From the NCBI GenBank assembly GCA_000934665.2, contig KZ538483.1, positions 1-64,000 on the forward strand: a stretch of 64,000 nt of DNA, given 5' to 3'. The stretch's first letter is position 1. Every line of letters starts with the position of its first letter. The position numbers and the translations under genes were made by a program. The notes beneath the pieces are model-generated. The model made no database searches, was not told the DNA's origin, and saw only the letters and a program-made list of their open reading frames with translations. Origin of the DNA: Catajapyx aquilonaris. Its lineage: Eukaryota. Below, one piece after another: positions 40,301 to 50,445 of this stretch.

Positions 40301-43029
40301 TTTAGAGTCTTGTAATTTGCTCCAATTTTAGAACACAACATTCATTTAGAACTCAAGAGACAATAGCTGCCGTTCTTTTCCCTGTGTCTTCAAGATTACC
40401 CGTCGTTTGAAAGTTTACAGAAAAAAAAAACTTAGACGTAAAAAAAAGTGTAGCGGGGAAAAGTGTCTGTCAGGATTTTGAAAGGTCCATTCCAGCGGCT
40501 GTCAGGTTGTCAAATCAAAAAGTCTCCCCCCGCTTCTTCAAGACAAAAAAAAAAATTGTAAGAAGATAGAATGGAGGGGGGGTTGGGGGGTGGGCCAAAA
40601 CCTGTCTGCAACTCTTTCCAAGACGACGCATACCCCGCCCCTCATACCCGGGGTACCACAACTCATTAAACTAACCTCACAAAAAAAATTATATATATAC
40701 AATTTTTTTTCAAAATATATGCTACGGGTTTTTGTGTGTGTTACAACCGGAAAAGGTTGCCAGGTGCAGGCGTTAGAGATTCTATCGTGAAGATAGGTTG
40801 TTACGAACAACGGAAGAAAAAAAAAAAGTGGGTGTGAAAACCAGAGCGAAGAATGCAAATGGCATTTAAAATTGAAATGGTTGTAATTAATAGTACATAA
40901 TTCATTATCCAACACGTATGAAACATCGGGCCTGTTTTATAATATATAACTTAGGTCTAAATTGGAGATTCTGGACGTGAATGGTGTTGCTATAGATTAA
41001 TATGTGCAGTATGTCGGATTGTCGAGTACCAGGCAGCAAAAAAAAAAGTACAAATTTTACAAATTTATGCAAAATTGCGCACTTGTTCATAAAACAAATT
41101 TTGAGCAATGAAATGCAAATGCAGTAAAACTCGAAATATTTTGCATTTTGTATAATTATTTTCGTACTATTTTGTGTTCAAATAAAGACGATATTAATTA
41201 TCATTTAAACAATATCAATTAAGAAATATTCAGATGATATTAAGTGCAAAATGGCCTTATAATACTCGTACTTTTTTCTAAACAATTGTCAGTACATGAA
41301 TGTACATTTTGGTATACTTTAACTCAAATAATTATTTAAATTATGTAAGTTATCATTGTGGACGACACCTGCTTGTTGCGTAGAAAAATTAACTCAAAAA
41401 TATTTTAATCAACAATTACTGACCGGTCTCTTCAACCAATTTCACTACACTTAATCAGATATTATCTTAATCTGAGGTTTGTGCAATCGACAAGTACAGT
41501 TAGAAAATTACTTATCTTGAGTTTGGTCCGGAGTCAGCAGCACCTGGTTCAAAAATAAATAGTATTTTCATAATAACTAATATAGGAAATAACATAGGAT
41601 ACGCGTTGTTTTCACTTATCATTTTTGTTAATATTTTTTATTTTTTCCCCCACGAAAGATGACATTTATTTCATTCAGTTTTTGGACAATAACATTTCTT
41701 GGGTTTTCTCTTTTTTTTCTCTCTCTTCATCATTGGGAAGCCTAAACACTACCTGTACATCGATTTCAGGTCTATTTACACTCAATTTACAAATTGCACC
41801 GAAAAAAAGTTGGGACCAAAGCGGATACTTTTTTTTTTTTTGGCGGGCAATTAGGAATGAGCCCAAAAAATTTTTTGTTTGTTTGTTTGAAGCTATTGCA
41901 CATCCAAGTCGGCCACAACTTTGACTCAGCTTGATCATAAGCTTAACATTATATCGGGTGCCACGTCACTTAAAAATTCACATCACCCGAACTATAAAAA
42001 AAAATACGGAAGTGAAACATAAGTGCAGTCCGTTTGTTTGTTTTTTCACAAAAAAAAACGTAACTTATGTACTTTATGTATATTCTTATTTATATATGTA
42101 TACGATTGGTGGAGTTGTGATGCGGCCACATTTTTTTTGATAATTAAAAAAAAAACAATAGAAATCCAAGCGTAACTCAACAACACTTTTGGCACATTGA
42201 AAGGTCACCGCGAACCGTCTTATTTTATACAGAGTAGTTAACATTGTTTTGCAAGAATCAGACGGTGGGAATAAAAAAATACTGAAAATTCCGGAGGGAC
42301 TTCAATTTTTTTTCTTCTTCTTCGTCTTGGGTCAAAGGGCATGGGGTTGGGGTGGGTTTAGTGACCTCCAAAAGTGAGTTTTAGGATGCTTCACCAAAAG
42401 ACAGCGACGGGTTGTCCAGTCACTGAAAAAAGACAGCAACAAAAATATCCATTGTTACAATCATGGTATGACATCACCAAATTTTTAGTCTAAATATTTA
42501 TGAATATAAGTACAATCGGAGACAAAAGAGTGCGTGCCTTCTGTTGAAGAAACAATGCTACACGTGCTCCCCCCATTTTTTGGGACCTTTTCCCCTCCAG
42601 CACCCTCTCTCAAGGGGATTATATCTTCCTATAGCCTCCTCTCTATAGTCCCCCCTCAATCCTACCATGGATCAAGTTGGGATCAACTCGACCCCGATCA
42701 CCCATCGGCCAAAGAATCCACAAAAAAGAAGCATGAAAATATCTCATTGTTTCCAGAAAAATCGAAAAAAAAGCCGTACTCAGCAATGCTCATTGTTATA
42801 CCTACACTCGTGACTTACATTAAAAGTTTTAATGTAAGTCACGAGTGCTGATGGCATCAGTTTCATGTAAACAGACACTTGTCATTACCGGTAGTGCATA
42901 AGTTGCACTCATAATTAACGTCTATTTAATATTAATAAATTAATAATAAATACAACTGTTGCAGCATAGCTTATTATAAAATATCTCTGGTCTAATACGA
43001 TCGTAATAATAGTAATAAATATTGTCAGT

Positions 43030-43512
43030 GGGGGCCATAATTTGCATCGGACTGTCTCCAGCCAATCGCCGTAGCTTCGGCCGCGCTCCAGCCAATCAGA
43101 GAAGCTCGGATCACGTGACCGGCCGCCATTTTGGCTCCATATATTCCGAAGCAGCTGTAGAGCGATTTGTGATTCTCATTTATAACCAAATTAATAACGC
43201 AATAAGTAATAAAGTAATAAGCCATATCAGCAGGCCGTAATTTGCATCGAGCGATCTCCAGCCAATCAGCGAAGCCTGGATCACGTGACCGGCCGCCATT
43301 TTCGCACCTGTTTATAGTGATTTCAATACTGATTAACGTAATAAAAGCAATAAGTAATATCAACGGGGGGATAATTTGCATGGAACGGTCTCCAGCCAAT
43401 CACGGCAGCTTCGAGCGCTCTCCAGCCAATCAGCGAAGCTCGGATCACGTGACCGGCCGCCATTTTGGCTCCATCTTTTCCGACGTCCGTTTAGAGCGAT
43501 TTCGATACTGAT
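43030..43512. repeat. ~165-170-bp tandem module x3 carrying CCAAT, TCACGTGA and CCGCCATTTT motifs
   Basis: GGATCACGTGACCGGCCGCCATTTT at 43108, 43278 and 43442; CCAGCCAAT five times; TAATTTGCAT three times. Confidence 0.9.
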
Positions 43513-44536
43513 TCAGAACCAAAAGGGAGGAGGGGTTCTAACTAGGGGTTTTCCATGTGGCTGATTCCCAAAACCCCCTCCAAAAACGGATAGGATATCA
43601 TCCCTCCAGATGTGGCATGGATGGAGAGAGAGTGAGGGGGGACGGGGGACGGTATGCTGGAAGGTATCCGAGTGAAATTGATTCTGTTTATCCAGCGGAA
43701 CACAATGAGAGGGTTGGCGGGGCAGAAACACAAGAGAATCGCCCCGAGGTGGTCAGGAGGAACCCAAATGTTTGGAAGTATTTATTTTTGCTTAAAAATG
43801 GAAGGGTTCCCCCTTCTGTTGGAAGTTAATTGGAATAGGGGGTAAAATTGTCTCGGGAGTTATTTTGTCGTGTACCGGATACTTTGCGTCATAACTCATG
43901 TAAGACAAGGGTGCGAAATTTTTTGGGAGGGAAAAACGGAAGTAATTCGTTGTCATTAAGCATGGGCATTGTTGTCTGCATTGTTCTCTACCTCATTAAT
44001 AACGGGCTGTATACTAATTGCGGCTGATGTATGTGTTCCGCCTCAACTACAGGATTATGTTTTTAAAAATAAAAAATCACTGTTATATTATGTAGCCTTA
44101 CATATACCAAAGTGTGCAGAAAAATATTTATTTAATTGCTTAATAATCATACGACTATAGATGAATTTCTACGAGCGCAACCAAGCGCGCACCCACACTC
44201 ACGCAGCTCAATTGCTCTGACAACAAGGTTTGTTCCAGACCCTTGGCAAAGTCGCAAATGTCGATCATTTTGTCCCCCTCTAATCGTAGCGTTGGAAATA
44301 TACTACTACAGATTATCCGGGCTAATGGCTGTACCGGTGTGGCCGGATAATCGGAAAATGGTCATAGACACCGTAATAATGAGCTATTCACACAGGTTTT
44401 TCATGTACTGTGTGTATATGTACGCTGTTTTAACTAAGGCTAAGCAAATAAACTTACCATATATATTTTTAGTTTATCTTCTAGAAAAAGTCTGTTACAT
44501 TTCTTCTGTTGCGAGACATTGACATTTTTTCGGATA

Positions 44537-45110
44537 TTTATTTTTAATATGGTTTTTTTGGCCATGTATAATCCACAACACGGATAATCGTGAGAACAGT
44601 GTAAATGCAACGCAGTACGTCCGCTATTGTACACTCATTGATAATGCCAACCGTGCACACTGCGCAAACTGAGGTGCGCACTCGATTGCGTTCGTAAAAT
44701 TAATCTACAATTGTCTGTTTGGCAGGAATGAGTCATCATCTGGTACGATACATACTGTAATTCATGTACCGATTGGATGTGGTATTTTGTGATCAACAAA
44801 TACTGTCTACAAGTCAGTACTGTAGACGGTACGTTATGATGTACTATTTGCAAGTCAGTACATTTGAACGATGGGCTGTATACAAGTCAGTACCGTAGAC
44901 GGTATTTGTTGATCACAAAATACCATCTCCGAATCGGTACATGAAACGGTACATGCAGTGGCAGGAGTGCGGTATGCGAGGGTAGTGGTACTACGGCTGA
45001 TGACTCACCCCGGACACACTGATAAAAAGTGAGCTTATCTTACCTGGCAGAGATATTTGCGAATGGGCGAGATGAGATAAGTCGAGGGACGAATCCGTAG
45101 GCCGAATGTG
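44537..45110 (-). other. Lim1: Presumptive Lim1 3' UTR ending near an AATAAA signal
   Basis: Follows the stop codon; tttatt at 44537-44542 on + equals AATAAA on -. The true transcript end is unknown. Confidence 0.4.
44761..44945. repeat. ~50-bp inverted repeat in presumptive Lim1 3' UTR
   Basis: 44761-44810 TTCATGTACCGATTGGATGTGGTATTTTGTGATCAACAAATACTGTCTAC pairs with 44895-44945; spacer holds three CAAGTCAGTAC copies. Confidence 0.9.
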
Positions 45111-45262
45111 TTACCATCCGGCCGCCATGTAGTCAGGACTGGAACGTTGCGACATCAGGTCACCCTGGGGTAGGAAGCCAGGGTCAGGGTTCAGGCCTCC
45201 AAACTCTCCCATCGGACCACCTCCGCCTAGGGGCTGCCCAGGGTCCAACGAGCCCGGTACGC
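45111..45262 (-). CDS. Lim1: Lim1/Lhx1-5 terminal coding exon (not in ORF track)
   Basis: Strong polypyrimidine acceptor tttttcttccgtttacag|GC; phase 1 matches the upstream donor. Reads (G)VPGSLDPGQPLGGGGPMGEFGGLNPDPGFLPQGDLMSQRSSPDYMAAGW-TAA (tta at 45111-45113). A terminal Trp is typical of Lhx1/5 proteins. Confidence 0.88.
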
Positions 45263-46812
45263 CTGTAAACGGAAGAAAAAGCACGCCTATATTATTCGCA
45301 TTAAATAGAGCCCAACGTTCATACCCATTTCATATATACCCACTACCCACTCATCCGCAAAACCACCTGGCGCCCCCCCCCCCTCTCAAAAAAGGTCAAA
45401 CAAAGGAAGGATTAGCCGGCTGTTGGGCAGCCAATAGCGTTGCCAATCAAACAGGAACCACTTGGGGGGTGTATAGAGAGCACCCGTGGATGCAACACCT
45501 TTGTCCGCATGTTTGACACCGTCAAGTGATTCTGAGAGGGGGTTTGGTAGGGTCGTGTTTTGTGGGTTTCTGACCCTGGGTTTGGATGTTTTCAAAACAG
45601 TCAAAGTCAGCCGGAATGTCTATAGATTACAATCGCTGATGGGTCGGGGACACTACACAGTATACCACAATCTTTTTGAGGGTCATAGTACTGGTGTAGG
45701 TAGCTCAAGTAGCAAAATGGCGGGGGAAGTAAATTATTCGTTCAGCTTTTGTCCCCCCCCTCTACATCTCCCCACTAGCGAGATGGGGAAGGCCTTAATT
45801 TACGACCGGGTTGTAAATCTCTGGGCCTGGAGAGGGAATCAAAAGGAGACCGAGAGAAGAGGGGGGGGGGGTTAAAAAAACGAGAGCAAGGCGGCAAAAA
45901 CAGTTTTTCTTTCCCCCTCTTCCAGCTTCCACAGTTTCCCCCCTCTCTCTATAGAAGCCCCGCCTTTAGGGTGGGGAAGCCCTTGTATCGAATTTTCTTA
46001 TTTGGCCCCGCCCGTCGTCATGGCGACTGCCGTTGGAATCTGCACTCTTGCCTCTTTCGCTCCCGCACTTCCGCGCTACTCTCCAGGTCCTTGTTTTCAC
46101 ACCCGGGCTTAGATAAGCGGTGAAGTGGTGGGCGGAAGGACGCCATTTTGAATACACATGGAGCTAGGCCTAGTCGGACGTTTGAGGTCGAGAAAATCTG
46201 GATTTTCTGGCTCATTATGGCTCATTAGGACAGAACAGACCACACAATGAGATAGAGCAGAAAAAATACGATACTATGATGTAAATAATGGCGATTATGA
46301 AGCTGTGGGGTGTGTAGACAGACACTATTTTGAACGCGCATGAAGCTAGGCCTTGTCTGCTTGAAAATTCCGGGATTTCTGGCTCACTATGCATCGTTAG
46401 GACGGAACATACCACACCAGGAGATAAAGCAGAAAAATACGATATTATATGAAGCTGTGGGGTTGCGGACAGGCGCCATTTTGAAAGCACATGAAGCTAA
46501 GCCTAGTCTGGGGTTTGTGCTCGGAAAATCTGGATTTTCTGGCTCATTATGGCTCATTAGGACCATGAGACTGCACCATGAGATAGAGCAGAAAACATAT
46601 GATATTATGATGTAAATAATGCGGATTATGAAGCTGTGGGGTGTGCTGACAGACATTTTGAACGCACATGGAGCTAGGCCTACTTAGCTCGAACAACCAG
46701 GGCTTTCTGATGGCTCACTATGCATCGTTAGGACTGAACGGGCTATCTTATGATTGTAAATAATGCGGATTATGTGAGGGACATAGCCTAAGAGTTGAGA
46801 GCATGTACTGAC
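45263..46812 (-). other. Lim1: Lim1 last intron (1550 bp, GT-AG, phase 1)
   Basis: GTCAGT donor and tttacAG acceptor; frame preserved. Confidence 0.86.
46135..46795. repeat. ~330-bp tandem duplication in Lim1 last intron
   Basis: CGCCATTTTGAA...AAAATCTGGATTTTCTGGCTCATTATGGCTCATTAGGAC...GATTATGAAGCTGTGGGGTGTG duplicated (46141 and 46474). Confidence 0.88.
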
Positions 46813-47077
46813 CAGGTTGGGAGAAGGCGAGGTTCTGTCCCTGTCCGGCTTGCTGTCCGGGAAAGAAGTCATGGAATCCTTGTCCCGCGTAGGCAAAGTC
46901 GCCGAACTTGTTGTCTGAGAAGTATGGGAATCCGGGTCCCGGTCCTTCTTCCATGCTGGGACTCATGTTCATAGGGAATCCTCGCATCTTCCGGGAGCTG
47001 CCGAAGAATGGCCCCCGACCCATGGAGGTCAGCTGCTTCAGTCGCCTCTCTTTGCTCCTCTTGTTCTGGAACCACAC
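46813..47077 (-). CDS. Lim1: Lim1/Lhx1-5 exon: homeodomain helix 3 end and conserved C-terminal region
   Basis: Acceptor ttgttccag|GTG; translates VWFQNKRSKERRLKQLTSMGRGPFFGSSRKMRGFPMNMSP...GFPYF..., in frame (phase 0) with the previous exon. Donor CCTG|GTCAGT at 46813/46812 (phase 1). Confidence 0.96.
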
Positions 47078-48899
47078 CTGGAACAACAAGCGACAGGGTC
47101 CTTTCTTGTCAGTGTATCCCTTGCTGGGATTCTGATCTCCCCCTGCCTAGCACTCGGGATTATCCTCTTTGTAGGGGGCACACACAAGTCAGGGTCTTAT
47201 CTCGGGGGTGGTCACCGAGCTGGGTCACTAAGCCCCTCTCGAATTCACACCAGCCAGGGGGGCATTTCTGGGCGGTATGTGACAATATACTTTCTAAGGA
47301 CAGATTGGTTCGGAAACAAACTTCTTGGGCGCCAGAGGATCGTGGTGCCCTCCAACTGAGAATTTTAACTATTGCAAACCTATTGCTACCTATATGCAGG
47401 GTAAACTTTGACAATAAATATTTTTTGTCAACAACATTCGGATAAATGTATAGGACCAAATAGGGCTCAAATATCAATCGAAATTGTGTTTAAAAAAATT
47501 TAAAAAATTATAAATTTTCCAGTACAGTTAAAAATGTGCTAATGTAGGAGGAAAATTGCGAATTAATGAATTTTGAGTGTCCTTGAACATTTTTGGTCCA
47601 CCCTGCGTTTCCATGCTCGATGCTCCCAATTGTGACAGCGCCATCTATACTTCTAACCAGAAACCGAGGACCGTAAATGGGACTTTGAAGAATGAGAACA
47701 TCCCCCCCCCCCCTTTTCTTTTCGCAGATCTTGGCTAGAATAAGGGAACGATGAGCATTAATCACCTTCGCAGCTATTCTTCTTAACTTTTTTTTTTTAA
47801 AGCCCAAACCAAAAGAGGGCGGGACACCCAGATCGAGGTTGAGATGGAGGGGTTTTTTTGGAGGAGGGTTTAAAAAAAAAAAAAAGATTTAAAAGATACG
47901 TGAGAAGTTTCGAGAATATTTCAGCACAAATGGGGGAAGCGGGCTACCCCCCTTCGCTTCTAGCACCCGGGCTTCTTCAAGATCCTTATTCTGAATAGGA
48001 AATGGGGAGTAATAGAAATAAATTTTACAGCCCTGAGCTTCCGGGAAGACGGTTTTTTTCGGAGGTTTTTTGGCAAAAAAAAATATAGGGAGCAAGCTGG
48101 GTTTTAAAATTTAATTTAGGTTTTGTGGAACGGATTTCAGGTTTTATATATGAATATCTCCGTATAAATGTGAGAAATGTTGGTATGTTTGATGTCATGG
48201 CTATACCTAACCCACTTCTGGACTACTGTGAGCTGGCTTACTTGTGGCTGTAATAAAATTCGGAGAAAATGGGAGGAGTCGGCTGAATTCGGTTAGAATC
48301 GTGTTTCCTCGAATGAATGAATACCGGTTCATGCGCAATAAATAACCGTCGCTTCCTTTTTCTAAAATAATTTTTTTTTTATTACAACGAATATTATTTA
48401 TGGCTCCCTAAAAAGAAGAGAAGGATTATAATTTGGGAGGCAGATGATTTCACTCAGGAACCAAGTAATGAGAGGGGATAGTACGCCCCGAAGCGTCACT
48501 GATGACACTCATGATTCAGTTGTTTTCTGGGAGGCGCAGAGGAAATTGATGGAATTACGTGACGCACTCCCCGTGTTTCGACAAGTCACTTCCACTTCCC
48601 TTGGCAACTCTGTCATGTCAGGGTGGCCAGGTGACGGATATTCAGCCGTTACTCTTTTTTTTTTGAGGTGACTTCTATACTAATGGCAAAGCTATAATAA
48701 CGTTCGTTGGCCTGCGGCGGACACACAATCGAATCTACGACTTTTGGCTGCCGGTCAACTGGCTGCAGGACAATTGGCTCCCGTGACATTTGGCTGCCGT
48801 ACAGTAGCTAACTTAATTACAATTATCATGCAATGTGACCGTGCCTGGCAGGGCCACGACTGGTGCGGTGTCATTTGAACGAATCGGGTTTCAACTGAC
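47078..48899 (-). other. Lim1: Lim1 intron interrupting homeodomain between residues 46 and 47 (1822 bp, GT-AG)
   Basis: GTCAGT donor and ttccAG acceptor join VIQ|VWFQN in frame. Confidence 0.95.
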
Positions 48900-49471
48900 C
48901 TGTATGACCCGCATGGGTAGTCCAGTCTCCTTGGCCAGCTGCTCCCGGATGTGCCTGGTGGGCTTGGGCGTCTGGGCAAAGGCATTCTTGAGTATCTCCA
49001 GCTGCTTGGCCTTGATTGTTGTCCGAGGCCCCCGTCTCTTGCTACCGACGTTGGTGTCGTCCGGCGATTTGTTCTCAGTCTGGGAGTCCCTGGTCTCAGT
49101 GTCCCCGTCGATGGAGCCTTCCGAGTCCTGCACTGAGTCCTTCTCCTCCGTTTTGACCTCCGCTCCAGGTGGTGCGGCAGCCGGGGCGGCCCCTGGGATG
49201 GCCCCGCTGGCTCCCGGAGGCGCCGCGAGAGGAGTGGCTGGTGCGGCCGTGGATGTTCCGATCGGAGCAGTGGCCTCACCTTTGGCTACCGTTGCTTGTC
49301 CGGCCGGTGTGCTTGGCGCATTGTTGTTGGGCGCACTGGTGGTGTTGTTGTTGGTAGGCGTGGTTGACCCTGCCGGGTTGGGGTTGGCGTGGATCGGTGT
49401 GTTGCCCCCGGCCGAGTGAGCGTCCATCAGCTCGTCCTCTTCCTCCTCCGACCCGGAGTTTAGCAGCACAT
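48900..49471 (-). CDS. Lim1: LIM homeobox protein Lim1/Lhx1-5: internal exon with acidic plus Ala/Pro/Thr-rich linker and homeodomain residues 1-46
   Basis: Translates to ...[62 protein letters not shown], the diagnostic Lhx1/5 homeodomain. Acceptor ttgttgcag|AT (phase 1) at 49472/49471; donor CAG|GTCAGT at 48900/48899. Confidence 0.97.
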
Positions 49472-49589
49472 CTGCAACAATGGAGGGGTCTTTGTTGACA
49501 TGACAGAAGGTCGTTTGGAAGCTGTGAGGTAGACTTTATCTGCTGTATATGCAAAAGTAGTCGATCGAGTAGCCCGATACGGCGCCCAT

Positions 49590-50445
49590 TAATATCGATA
49601 TATCACTGACAAATGTCGATATATTGAGGAAAGCACGTAATATCTATATGTAACCACATATATCGCTATATCGATGAAAGTGATGCCGAAATATCGACGA
49701 ACCAATATTGGTGCATAGATGAACTAATGTCGATATATCGAGGGGAGACATGAATATGGACCTGGCGGTATATATCGATATATCGATAATCCAATGTCGA
49801 TATACTAGAGGTAAGACGTGAATATCGATGAACCAATATTGATATGTAGCCATAAGTATGGATATATCGATGAAAGTGATGTCGATATATCGAGCGAAGA
49901 CATATCGATATCGATATATCGATGAAAGTGATGTCGATATATCGAGCGAAGACATATCGATATCGATATATCGATGACCCAATATTGATATGTAGCCATG
50001 AGTTTTGATATATCGATGAAAGTGATACCTATATTTAGATGAACCAATATCGATATATCGAGGGACGACAGATATGGATAATATTATGCTGGTGAATATC
50101 GATATTTATGAACCAATTTGATATATATCGCTGAAGCAAATACGACACATCGAGGAAATTGATTAAATTCTATATATAACATAATATCGATATGTCGCTG
50201 AAATAAATATCGGCACATCGAGGAAATGAACGAATATTTATGTGGCTGTCAATATCGATATATCGACGAACCGATATATCGCTGAAACTAATATCGATAC
50301 ATCGAGGAAATTCATCAAAATCTATACGTCACTAATGATATCGATATATCGCTGAAATAGATATCGGCACATCGAGTAAATGAATGAATTTCGATATGCA
50401 ACGGGGAATGTCGATACTTTGCGTAAATTAATATCGATACAGATT
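49590..50445. repeat. TATCGATA-rich satellite in Lim1 upstream intron
   Basis: GATATATCGATGAAAGTGATGTCGATATATCGAG units; dense ATCGAT. Confidence 0.88.

Noticed and set aside
46748..46812. Read-through C-terminus QYMLSTLRLCPSHNPHYLQS* in the ORF track
   Set aside because: Lies past a good GTCAGT donor and runs into an intronic repeat; a phase-compatible terminal exon exists at 45111-45262.
48835..49419. 194-aa plus-strand ORF and other overlapping ORFs (48755-49279, 49276-49554)
   Set aside because: Antisense or alternate-frame shadows of the GC-rich Lim1 exon.
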